A stretch of DNA of 64,000 nucleotides, from assembly GCA_038321985.1 (NCBI GenBank), contig JBBQFN010000009.1:1-64000 (forward strand). The letters are read 5' to 3'. Below, piece after piece: positions 43,831 to 53,470 of the stretch. How positions within the stretch are numbered: position 1 is the stretch's first letter; each line of letters begins with the position of its first letter. The DNA comes from Cyanophyceae cyanobacterium (GTDB lineage Bacteria; Cyanobacteriota; Cyanobacteriia; Cyanobacteriales; Laspinemataceae). The notes beneath the pieces are model-generated. The model did not search any database. It was not told the DNA's origin and saw only the letters and a list, made by a program, of their open reading frames with translations. The position numbers and the translations under genes are program-made.

Positions 43831-43911
43831 GTGGAAGTGCGATCGCTGTTTCAACTGCCTGCAAGCATTACTGATTGACAATTGCCGGTAGGGGTGCGAT
43901 CGCTGTTTCAA
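43831..43911 (+). repeat. Continuation of the 55-57 bp HIP1-containing repeat (one partial and one near-full unit)
   Basis: GTGCGATCGCTGTTTCAA at ~43837 and ~43894; AGCATTACTGATTGACAA at 43864. Confidence 0.85.
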
Positions 43912-44076
43912 TCGCCAACTGGTAATCGCCACCAGAGGGACAACCATTCCCAAACTCATCACGATCCAGAGGCGATCGCAATTTTGGAACACCTGAACCA
44001 ACCCAGCAAAATCAATTTCCCAGTAGATAACCGCCAGAATGAGCAAGCTAATCGTCAGAGAAATTAGTCGTTTCAT
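43896..44076 (-). pseudogene. 5' fragment of a lysylphosphatidylglycerol-synthase-TM/flippase-like membrane protein gene, truncated at a HIP1 site
   Basis: MKRLISLTISLLILAVIYWEIDFAGLVQVFQNCDRLWIVMSLGMVVPLVAITSWRLKQ, then runs into repeat-derived sequence at GCGATCGC. Confidence 0.6.
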
Positions 44077-44130
44077 TAATTCTGAATTAAGGGTGAGTGG
44101 AAGAAGAGAAAAAGCGCACGCCTCAGTTTC

Positions 44131-44340
44131 TTAGGCATCTTCTGCGCTTTCAGTCTCCTGCTGATCATAGTTTGTAATAATACGGTAAATGTCATCGCCA
44201 GCAATATCGACTTGTTCAGATTTAGCATAAATCGTTAGCAAAACGATACCCTAAGCTGTTTTGATGTAGTAAATTAGACGGTAACCACCACTTTTTTCTT
44301 TCTGAGCATCGCTATTGCTGTGCTTTAACTTGGCAAACAA
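44131..44340 (-). pseudogene. RelE/HigB-like toxin remnant
   Basis: Manual translation ...KLKHSNSDAQKEKSGGYRLIYYIKTA*GIVLLTIYAKSEQVDI...EDA*; internal TAG at 44251-44253; no recognisable 5' half. Confidence 0.7.
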
Positions 44341-44679
44341 TAGATCTCCTATAATGTAGGACTCTTCCGTTTGACGCAAGTTCACCATGAAAAGATTTCA
44401 GATTGTATCAATTTGTTGCAAACTGTGATAATTTATGAATTTTTTGCAATAGGCAGGCTAGGAGCGTTGACTTGCGATATACTGTGAACAGTGATTATTT
44501 CATTAACATTGGCGAAATTATTACTAATTGTTGTGTTTTTATGATATCAACTTTTTTACCACTAAAAAGCTCTATTGCCTGCTAAGTAGTGATAACTAAG
44601 AATGAAATGTGGACATTTTTTATCAATTAAGTTAGGGCAATTATCTGATTAACCCTCCATTTGAGTAATTAAAAAAAGA

Positions 44680-46374
44680 ATGAGCCAAATTCACTTACGT
44701 CATATTAAATCTTACTTAGATAATCAATTCAAGAACTTAAACTTAATTGATACCTCCGATAGTCAGTCATCAAATAAATCGAGTAGTGAAGAGCTATTTT
44801 TGTCAAGAGCTTTAGCCGCCTTTGTTGTCATGACATTTGGAAATACCTCGGCAATAGAAGCGGCTAATTCATTAACTGATGGTCCTCAAGATAATGGAAT
44901 TGATGGAATTTTTTATCATAAAAAACAAAAAATTCTTTATTTGATCCAATCAAAATGGAGCAGCAAAGGACAAAAAACTTTTGACACAGCTGCAACCCAC
45001 AAATTTTTAGAGGGTTTTGATTATATATTGGCCGAAGACTTTAATAAATTCAATCAAAAAATTGTACAGAAAAAGGACGAAATAGAAATTGCATTAAATG
45101 ATGCAAATACCTAGTATAAGTTAATGATAATTTATACGGAAATTCAAAATTTACCTCAAGATTCAGAGAATTTAATCAAGGAAAGATTAAATGAAATTAA
45201 TGACATCAGTGATGTTGTTACTTATGAGGTTTTGAGGCAATCTGAAGTTCATAAAATAATATCTCAAGGTTTTGATAACTCTCCTATTGATATAGATATT
45301 ATGCTGGGTAACTGGGTTAAGATTCCAGAACCATTTGAGTCTATTTGTGGACGTATATCTGCCAAAGATGTTGCCGAATGGAGAGATCAGTATTATCCTA
45401 AAATATTTGCCCCTAACATTAGATGTTATCTTGGAAATACCGAGATTAATGATGGAATTATTGAGACATTAAAGAACCAACCTGAGCATTTTTGGTATTA
45501 TAATAATGGAATTACTGCACTATGCAAAACCGTTACAAAAAAAATGCTCAGAGGAGATAAATCAGACTCTGGATTGTTTGAATGTAAAGACTTACATATC
45601 ATTAATGGTGCTCAAACCATTGGTTCGGTATATGAAGCTAATAAAACGTACCCCGATCATGTGGCATTAGCCTACATTCCTATTCGTTTAATTTCCTTAG
45701 AAAAATGCCCAGAACAGTTTGCAACATCAGTGACAAAATATAATAATACTCAAAACAAAATTGATCGCCGGGATTTTGTATCTCTTAATCCTGAACAAGA
45801 GCGCATCAAAATCGAATTAAAGTTTGAAGATGTTATTTATATTTATAAAACTGGAGAAATAATCCCTTCAGAACACCAAGGCTTTACATTAGAAGATGCT
45901 ACAATTGCTCTAGCTTGTAGTATAGATATATCTTTTGCTGTTAGAGCAAAAGATAAAATAGGCACTTTGTGGGATGATATTAACACTGAACCCTATAAAA
46001 GACTGTTCAACCCAAATACTAATAGCTTAAAACTATGGAAATTAGTCCAGATAATGAAAGTTGTTGAAGGCACTCTTTTAAAGGAGCAAAATAACCAGGA
46101 AAAAAATACTTCAGATAATCGACGGAAGCTATTTTTAACTCATGCCTCTAAGCTGGTTCTGTATTTGATATTTAAAGATAAAGACCTTGAATTTTATTAT
46201 AAAGATTTTGAAAATAAAAATATAGATCAAAATCAAAATAAAATTATAGAAAAAAAAGTGATTGACTACCTAGATAAAGTTGTAGATGCTGCTAATTCAC
46301 TTTTTCCTAATGGTTACCCTGCAAATATATGTCGCAATCAAACTAAATGCAAAGAAATTCTTTCACAGGTTTAA
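44680..46374 (+). pseudogene. AIPR family (abortive infection phage resistance) protein interrupted by an in-frame TAG
   Basis: DNGIDGI..IQSKW N-terminus; NIRCYLG, FWYYNNGIT, IINGAQT, NNTQN AIPR motifs; ORFs 44680-45114 and 45124-46374 share a frame; AT-rich. Confidence 0.8.
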
Positions 46375-46399
46375 CAACTACCTATAGATTTGTGGAGTA

Positions 46400-46808
46400 A
46401 TGGAATGGCTGGTTTCAAGTCGAAGTAAATGTCTACCCTAAACCAAAATTTTTCAAGATATGGAAGAAGATTGGTGGTGTCGGGTTTAAGCCAACAATCT
46501 CAGTGAAGTGGGCATTACGACGCCCGAGAGTGCTTATCCGATGGCCGATTTAGGGATTCTATTCTCTCAAATTCTCCGGCTTACGGCTTCGTTTCGCTAT
46601 ACTTTAGTTGGGTTGGAATTTGAGGATATTTATGGCTTATAGCGAACTGCTGGAGGATTTAGCGGATTTATCTTTATCAATTCGTGGATTGGTTTTAGCT
46701 CAAAATCTGACGGAAGGGGTGGAAACAATGCCCGGGTTTAAACCGTTTAGTTCTACTCATATTTGGCGACCCTACGAGGGAGAAATCTATACTCCTTTAC
46801 CGGGTTGA
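46400..46808 (+). pseudogene. Degraded hypothetical gene (stop plus frameshift)
   Basis: QDMEEDWWCRV*ANNLSEVGITTPESAYPMADLGILFSQILRLTASFRYTLVGLEFED continues in another frame as MAYSELLED..WRPYEGE. Confidence 0.5.
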
Positions 46809-47089
46809 CTCGACCTAAAAAAACAGCTAAATGAGCTTTTAAGTTTAGCGCCAATTTAACAAGTCAGACCTCTAGGGAGGGGTGAAATTTTGCTGGAGAG
46901 GATTTCATGAACCTTATCCCCCTGTCCTTGTAAACTCGGTTTCTGATCGGGGGGTTTTCTGTTACTCTGAGATCCCCTCAACCCTGCTCTGGATAACCCC
47001 AACTATTAGCCAAACATTAAACTTTCCCAAATAACCGCCTTATTCTGAGAAAATAGAGGAGTAAGCCGTAAAATAACCCGCTTAAAAAT

Positions 47090-47662
47090 ATGGATGCTAA
47101 CGAACTACTAGAACGGTATGCTGCTGGAGAACGAGATTTTCGCGATACGGACCTGTTCCGGGCGGATCTGAGTAATGCGGAGTTGAGTGGTGTCAGTTTC
47201 TTCCGCACGAGCTTGTTTGGGGCGAATCTATTTCGGGCTAAACTGATTGGGTGTGATTTCTTCCGGTCTACCCTAATCGGGGCGAATCTCTATTGTGCGA
47301 ATCTTAGCGGGGCAAATTTGACCGGCGCAAATTTGACCGGCGCGAATCTCAGTGGTGCGGATTTAAGTGGTGCGGACCTCACGGATGCAGATTTGGGAGG
47401 TGCGGACTTGAGTTATGCCACGTTGCATTATACGGACTTCACTGGGGCAAACTTGTTTCGGGCGATGATGGTGGATGCGAAGTTGAATCATGCCAAGTTG
47501 GTGCGGGTGCGCTTGCGGGGGGCAAATTTGAATGGTTCGATTGTGGAAGGGGCGATTTTGTCGAAGGTGATGGGGCTTTCGGAGGAGGAGAAACGGGATC
47601 TGCTCGATCGCGGTGCAGTGATGGCGCAGTTGACAGAAGCGGTTCCCTCCCCGATCGCCTGA
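47090..47662 (+). CDS. Pentapeptide repeat protein
   Basis: MDANELLERYAAGERDF start; many A(D/N)Lxx pentapeptides. Confidence 0.92.
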   Translation: MDANELLERYAAGERDFRDTDLFRADLSNAELSGVSFFRTSLFGANLFRAKLIGCDFFRSTLIGANLYCANLSGANLTGANLTGANLSGADLSGADLTDADLGGADLSYATLHYTDFTGANLFRAMMVDAKLNHAKLVRVRLRGANLNGSIVEGAILSKVMGLSEEEKRDLLDRGAVMAQLTEAVPSPIA

Positions 47663-47671
47663 CTTAATTCC

Positions 47672-47723
47672 GACTCAGGGGCGATCGCACTTCAAAACTC
47701 ACCCGGCGATCGCCCCCTCAGTC
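47672..47723. terminator. HIP1-containing hairpin between convergent genes (possible bidirectional terminator)
   Basis: GACTCAGGGGCGATCGC...GCGATCGCCCCCTCAGTC imperfect inverted repeat. Confidence 0.45.
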
Positions 47724-47727
47724 ACTC

Positions 47728-48744
47728 TTACTGGACAAACAACGGCATCACTTCCGCCGCTGTTAACAACCCGTAAATCCCCCGTTGGTGCAAGCGCACA
47801 CCTGCCTTTAAATAGCCAAAAGCAGGACCACAAACATTCGCCGCCATACTGGTTTCATCCCCTAGGGTAAAGGTATGAGTGGAGATTTTACCCTCGAAAG
47901 TGCGGCCTGTAATTTGCATATTGGTACTCAGCGGCTTTTTGGGATTGCGGGTATCCACAATACCGCCGACGGTGACGCGATCGCGCGAACAAATTCCCGC
48001 CAATTCCAACATGATATCATCAGCGTGTTCCATGTTTTCCAAGGCCAATTTGCCATCGGTGCGATCGAGCAACGCTTCCACTTCTGCATCGGTCATTGCC
48101 ATCGCTTGGGCTACGGTATATCCAGGAATATGGGCAATATCTTCGCGAATTGTGGCCCGATAAGCTTCCCAGTTGGCAATCCCGACTCCAAAGGTAATTT
48201 TCACGCTGTGGATTTCAGCGAAACTTTGGGCGGCTAAAGCAGCAGCCGCCGTTAATAATCCCGGGGTGGCACCACAGCCTGTCATGTAGGTAATCCCGGC
48301 TTTTTGTAAGTCATCCTGGAGTTCGAGTAACTGTTCAACGGCGCTGGTGCGTTTCAGGGCGTCTACTAAGACTCCGCGCCATCCAGACTTAATAAATTGT
48401 CTCGCCACCGATGCCATGAAGGTATTCGGGAGGTTGGGTAACGCCAAGAAATACCCATCCACGTCAGCTTGAGAAATTAATTCGGCGATGCTGTCGTTGC
48501 TGAGGATGCCACCGGGTTCGAGATAGCCGAGGGACCCCTGTTGATGGTAGGCGCTGATACAGGCATCGGGATTTAAGCCTTGGGAATTGTAGGCGTATCC
48601 TTGTTTATCGGCAGCAGCCACCCACAAAGTTTCGCGTTTCGGGGCGAGGATCCGGGCGGCAGCTTGTCCTAAGCCTCCAAACCCGAGAACACCGATTCGG
48701 AGGGGTTTTTGGGTTGGGGAGTGGGGGGTTTGCAGGTTACTCAT
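47728..48744 (-). CDS. bioU: (S)-8-amino-7-oxononanoate synthase BioU (biotin synthesis)
   Basis: [59 protein letters not shown] match recalled Synechocystis BioU. Confidence 0.88.
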   Translation of the reverse strand: MSNLQTPHSPTQKPLRIGVLGFGGLGQAAARILAPKRETLWVAAADKQGYAYNSQGLNPDACISAYHQQGSLGYLEPGGILSNDSIAELISQADVDGYFLALPNLPNTFMASVARQFIKSGWRGVLVDALKRTSAVEQLLELQDDLQKAGITYMTGCGATPGLLTAAAALAAQSFAEIHSVKITFGVGIANWEAYRATIREDIAHIPGYTVAQAMAMTDAEVEALLDRTDGKLALENMEHADDIMLELAGICSRDRVTVGGIVDTRNPKKPLSTNMQITGRTFEGKISTHTFTLGDETSMAANVCGPAFGYLKAGVRLHQRGIYGLLTAAEVMPLFVQ

Positions 48745-49264
48745 GGGATTCCTTGAATTAAACAGATTCTCATTATCTAACGGAAGTTGAGCAGCAGCAC
48801 GGTTTCTGGGGTGAGATGGACGGGGATTTGTAAAGAATTATTAATGCAAGGACTGGGGCCAGAGCTATCAAAATGTTTATAGGGGAGCATCAATTGTGTC
48901 AATGTTTATAGACGGGTATTCCTAGATTAGCAAGGGGTAAAGCGACCGGACTGTATAGGAATCTTTAGGAGGGGGCGGATTGAAAATAGCGGATACTTAA
49001 GTTGCTGCCCCTAAATATCCGGGAGTTGAGATCACTTGACGACTCTCTCAACTTAAGGGAAACTTAGCAAATATTGAGTGATTTACTCTAATCGGTAATA
49101 ATTTTTGTTAAGGTATGACTCAATATAATTCGATTGGTCACAATAAGTTAAAGGGCTTGCCAATCCGGGCAGTCTAGGATCCCCGAATTGACCAAAGGGC
49201 ATTACTGGCCGTGCTAGGGATGCCTGCGGATAAATTAAAACAACCCAAAAAGCAAACCAAACGC

Positions 49265-49474
49265 ATGGAAACACTCGAATTTGTCATCTACCCCGATGGT
49301 CGAGTTCAGGAAAAAGTCACTGGCATTGTCGGTGCATCCTGTGCAGAGGTCACAGCGGCGATCGAAGCCCAACTGGGGCAGGTCCTAGTCCAGGAGAAGA
49401 CTTCGGAACATTTTGCCCAAGTGGTAGAACTGTCCCAGACTGCAACCGCCCAGGCGAGTTGGAGTGATTGGTAA
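49265..49474 (+). CDS. DUF2997 domain protein
   Basis: METLEFVIYPDGRVQEKVTGIVGASCAEVTAAIEAQLG. Confidence 0.88.
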   Translation: METLEFVIYPDGRVQEKVTGIVGASCAEVTAAIEAQLGQVLVQEKTSEHFAQVVELSQTATAQASWSDW

Positions 49475-49549
49475 ATTTTTCTAAAACTGCAATTTAATCG
49501 TTTCTTGTCCCCTTAGATTCACAATTGTCAGCACAAGAGAGTTATCCCT

Positions 49550-49936
49550 ATGTCACATTTCAGCCAAATTAAGACCCAAATTCGCAATCTGACTTCGTTG
49601 CAATCGGCGTTAACGGAGTTGGGAATTGACTGGAAATCTGGTCCGACGGAGGTGCGGGGTTATAAAGGATTAACCCATAACGCGGAAGTGGCGATCGCCC
49701 AAGAGAACGGGTATGACATCGGTTTTTCCTGGAATGGTCAAGAGTATTCCCTGGTGGCTGATTTACAATATTGGCAGCAACCTTGGACGGTGAATCGGTT
49801 TTTAAATGAAGTTACCCAGCGCTATGCCTATCACACCGTGGTGAATGAAACAGCGAAACAAGGGTTTCAAATTGCTGAACAGCAAAAAAATGAAGATGGT
49901 TCGATCCGGGTTGTGTTGCAACGTTGGGCGAGCTAA
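49550..49936 (+). CDS. DUF1257 (Ycf35-like) protein
   Basis: MSHFSQIKTQIR, LVADLQYW, TQRYAY, DGSIRVVLQRW. Confidence 0.88.
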   Translation: MSHFSQIKTQIRNLTSLQSALTELGIDWKSGPTEVRGYKGLTHNAEVAIAQENGYDIGFSWNGQEYSLVADLQYWQQPWTVNRFLNEVTQRYAYHTVVNETAKQGFQIAEQQKNEDGSIRVVLQRWAS

Positions 49937-50406
49937 TGGATGATTTTTCGGAGTTCTCAACCCCCGAAACTCCCGATCGTTCGGGTCTCGAACCAGAGTT
50001 AGGTGGCGCGTTACGGGATGCCCCGGAACGTTCAGGTTTGGAGCCAGAGTTAGGCGGCGCATTGCGACAAAATGGCGTCTATGTGGACGAACCCACTTGC
50101 ATTGGCTGCAAACATTGCGCTCATGTGGCGCGAAATACCTTCTATATTGAGGAGGATTATGGACGTTCCCGGGTGGTTCGCCAAGACGGAGACCCGGAGG
50201 ATGTGATTCAGGAGGCGATCGACACCTGTCCAGTAGACTGCATTGATTGGGTGGATTACACCGAACTGAAACAACTGGAAAAAGAGCGATTGTATCAGGT
50301 GATTCCCCGGGTGGGATATCCGGTGGAACAGGCGATTTCCATTGTGGGGACTCGCCGCAAAAAGGAAGTGTCTAAGGTGAAAAAAAAGAAGTCAGTGAGC
50401 GACTAG
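49936..50406 (+). CDS. Ferredoxin (Fe-S, CxxCxxC...CP)
   Basis: CIGCKHC..AIDTCPVDCI; duplicated RSGLEPELGGALR N-terminal motif; TAATG overlap with DUF1257. Confidence 0.88.
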   Translation: MDDFSEFSTPETPDRSGLEPELGGALRDAPERSGLEPELGGALRQNGVYVDEPTCIGCKHCAHVARNTFYIEEDYGRSRVVRQDGDPEDVIQEAIDTCPVDCIDWVDYTELKQLEKERLYQVIPRVGYPVEQAISIVGTRRKKEVSKVKKKKSVSD

Positions 50407-50560
50407 AGGGGTGCGCTTGACCAACTTCAAGGAGGCGAAACTTTATTCTTGTGGTTGGTCAAAAAAGTAGGAAGCGGCCCAATTTTTAGGAAAGCCTGAA
50501 ACTGGATAACGACTGAAGTCGTTACTACAAACAGGGATAAAACCCAGGACAATTTTCCAG

Positions 50561-50596
50561 AAAGCCTCAATGGTTGATGACTGTTGGGGCTTTTTT
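50561..50596. terminator. Terminator hairpin between convergent genes
   Basis: AAAGCCTCAATGG...CTGTTGGGGCTTTTTT. Confidence 0.6.
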
Positions 50597-50606
50597 GGGT
50601 TTGGGG

Positions 50607-50885
50607 TTATTTTAATGCATTATGTTCGGTGAGGATTCGTTCGACTCGCGCTTCTTCTACTTTTGAGGTGAGTTTTTCCGCTTCATGGCGATCGCGCAGG
50701 GTTTTGGCGAGGCTAAATGAGGAACCCACGGTGAAGATGACACCCATTCCCATATAACCTTTGACCCAACTGGTAACAGGTAAGTTAACGATGCCTACGC
50801 CAGTCGCTGTTAAGGCGATCGCAAAGGAAGCCCAAACTTGAATAACCCACGCTGTTGTATGATGTTGCGGAGAAACTTTATTCAT
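50607..50885 (-). CDS. YiaA/YiaB family inner membrane protein
   Basis: AWVIQVWASF, KGYMGMG, SLAKTLRDRHEA. Confidence 0.85.
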   Translation of the reverse strand: MNKVSPQHHTTAWVIQVWASFAIALTATGVGIVNLPVTSWVKGYMGMGVIFTVGSSFSLAKTLRDRHEAEKLTSKVEEARVERILTEHNALK

Positions 50886-51278
50886 AAAAAACACCCTCAA
50901 TCTCTGATTTTCAGAGGTGTAAACGGTTTAGGGTTTCCTGAGCTTGTTTTGCTTGATTCTATGGCCCACAGGTTTCAGTCTGGCTAACCCTGTGCCAGTT
51001 TGAAAAGTGGTACTTCGATGTGCTCTCTTAAGTGGTCAGCAAACTCCGATATAGATTGCCGATGCTTCCGATCTTTCCCGGCGATCAAGATTCGGAGGTG
51101 TAACCCTGGAACTTGCACAAATATTTGCACAAATTATTGACAATTTTACAAATATCGGGTAATTTCCTGGACTTAAGAACGAAAGGAATGGGCGATCGCC
51201 AAGGCAAATTAATCCCTTTTGAGCGAGCTGGTTTTTTCCTTTCATCAGAATACAATCTCATCCGCAACAGCGCAATCA

Positions 51279-51893
51279 CTATTCTTCAATAATTTCTTCC
51301 TCGTGAAAAATAAAAATATCCTCTGATTCCTCCTCGATGGGTTCCTCCTCTTCAATTAACCCACTCAGATTTTGAACCACGAAGGGAAGAGAGGCCCCTT
51401 TGAGACCCCGCTTAATGCGATCGGGGGTGTCGTCAAACACCACGAACAGGGGATAAATGGTATCGGACCCTTCCCCGATGATGTATTGATAACGCAAAGG
51501 CATTAACCACTCATAAGCATGAGACAACCACATTTGAGTTTGTCGCCAACGGCGTAGTAAATCCGAAAAATCTTCATCAGGACGATGAATGAAGATAAAG
51601 ATTTCTCCCCCCATTTTTACCTTCCAATCGGGGTCACACATCAAAATTGCGATATCGCAGGGTAAAGAAATCACATCTCCGGAATTCGCGCTCAATCCAC
51701 TGGGAGAATGGGAAGAGAGGGTTTCTCGAATGCGGATATTCGGCAAGGGAATCGGGATGACACTTTCCTGGGGACGGCGCATACTTGGAATCATTTCCAA
51801 ATAGGTTCGATACTGCCGAAGCAGGGCGATCGCATTGGCACGATTGCTATAGTCCGCGAGTAACTGTTCGTAATGGTATTGTTTAAGAGACAT
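51279..51893 (-). CDS. Conserved cyanobacterial hypothetical protein
   Basis: 204-aa ORF; YLEMIPSMRRP, LPCDIAILMCDPDWKVK, FIHRPDEDFSDLL; acidic tail. Confidence 0.75.
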   Translation of the reverse strand: MSLKQYHYEQLLADYSNRANAIALLRQYRTYLEMIPSMRRPQESVIPIPLPNIRIRETLSSHSPSGLSANSGDVISLPCDIAILMCDPDWKVKMGGEIFIFIHRPDEDFSDLLRRWRQTQMWLSHAYEWLMPLRYQYIIGEGSDTIYPLFVVFDDTPDRIKRGLKGASLPFVVQNLSGLIEEEEPIEEESEDIFIFHEEEIIEE

Positions 51894-52064
51894 GATTTTT
51901 CAATAAATTTCGACTTCCTAGACTGAGTTATTCTGCATGGCAGTCGGATAGTGCTGTAGTCAAATCTAACAAAATTTTCTAGTGCGGGGGGGGGATTTTT
52001 CCACAAACCCCGCCGGTTATTGGCAATTAGATTTCCCCGAATCGCGACCTCAATTCAACTGGGT

Positions 52065-53192
52065 TTAGCCCAGTTTGTCAAACACCGCAAACATTGGGAG
52101 ATACATAGACATCAAAATCGAACCGACCATTGCCGCAATGCCCACCATCATAATTGGTTCCAGGGTGCTGGTAAGACCTTTAACCGCTTGCTCTACTTCA
52201 TCTTCATAGAAATCAGCAACTTTAGACAGCATCTTATCTAGTTCCCCAGTTTCTTCCCCAATTCGCATCATCGAAATAGCCATTGCCGGAAAAATCTTTT
52301 CGCGATCAAAGGCATCAGTTACACTCCCTCCTTGTTCCACCTCGGATTTACCCTTCATGATGGCATTGGAAATCACCTGATTTCCAGCAGTACGGGCCAC
52401 AATATCAAAACCCGTTAGCATGGGCACCCCAGCGCCGGTTAACATGGAAAAAGTGCCACAGAAACGAGCAACAGCAGTAAGTTTAATTAAAGGACCAACG
52501 ATGGGGAGATTCAGGTACATCCGATCGCAGATTAAACGGCCCGCAGGAGTTCGGTAAAATGCTTTGTAGGCAGTGACTAACAGGAAAAGGCCGATCAGCA
52601 GTGGAATCATTTTCATCGGCGACCGAGTAAACTCACTGATTCCGAGCATAATCTGGGTAAACATGGGTAATTCTGCGCCCAATTCTTCAAAAATACCGGC
52701 AAAGGTAGGCAGCAGAAAGGTTGTCATGGCGAAAAACACGATGAGAGCAATACTTCCCACGGCTTTCGGATAGGCGGAGGCGGATTTAATGTGGTTTTGG
52801 ATCTTGGCGGATTTTTCTAAGGCAATTGCGAGACGGTTGAGTACCATGTCAAGCACCCCACCGATTTCTCCGGACTCTACCATTGCACAGTAAAGGTCAT
52901 CAAAGAGATCGGGGTATTTTGACATGGCTTCGGAAAGAGGTACCCCGGTTTCGAGTTCGCCTTTAATCTTACGCAGAGCCTTTTTTAGTTTGGCATTATC
53001 GGAAGTTTCCCCCAACATCGCGATCGCCTTCATCAAGGCTACGCCGGAGTTAAACATAACGGCTAACTGTCGGGAAAACACGGCTTTATCTTTCACCGTA
53101 ACTTTCGCCATTGCCACATTAAGATTTTCTTCTATAGCGGCAAAATCAAAGCCTTTCTTTTTTTCTTCTTGATTAAAAACGTTAGTAGACAT
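52065..53192 (-). CDS. pilC: Type IV pilus platform protein PilC (GspF family)
   Basis: KDKAVFSRQL, GEIGGVLD, GEETGELDKML, LEPIM..MYLPMF. Confidence 0.93.
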   Translation of the reverse strand: MSTNVFNQEEKKKGFDFAAIEENLNVAMAKVTVKDKAVFSRQLAVMFNSGVALMKAIAMLGETSDNAKLKKALRKIKGELETGVPLSEAMSKYPDLFDDLYCAMVESGEIGGVLDMVLNRLAIALEKSAKIQNHIKSASAYPKAVGSIALIVFFAMTTFLLPTFAGIFEELGAELPMFTQIMLGISEFTRSPMKMIPLLIGLFLLVTAYKAFYRTPAGRLICDRMYLNLPIVGPLIKLTAVARFCGTFSMLTGAGVPMLTGFDIVARTAGNQVISNAIMKGKSEVEQGGSVTDAFDREKIFPAMAISMMRIGEETGELDKMLSKVADFYEDEVEQAVKGLTSTLEPIMMVGIAAMVGSILMSMYLPMFAVFDKLG

Positions 53193-53470
53193 GGTTAACC
53201 TCTAGATTAGGGGGAAATTTAAGGACCGAGGGGATGGGATGACTGGGATGAGCGTCATTTTCAATTAAGGGTGCCAGTTGAATCAGGATGCAGTTAAGGG
53301 GCGATCGCGCCTTGCACCCCAACAAGGCATTAATTCGCATCCACTCAGATTTCCGACTCCATTGCCAATTCCATCCTAACAACGGGTGCTCTCGATGGGC
53401 GTTGTTATTGGGAGATTTAGGAGTGAGGGAGAGGGCGATCGCACTCCCCCCTGTGACCTCGCCCCGCCCA

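Noticed and set aside
42894..43911. CRISPR array interpretation of the 55-bp repeats
   Set aside because: Units are degenerate along their whole length, there are no identical repeats with unique spacers, and no cas genes are in the window.
27267..45114. Genome-wide amber recoding, suggested by three in-frame TAGs (HTH/kinase, RelE remnant, AIPR)
   Set aside because: Intact genes such as mutS2, the SDR and the ferredoxin end in TAG at expected lengths, so TAG is a normal stop.
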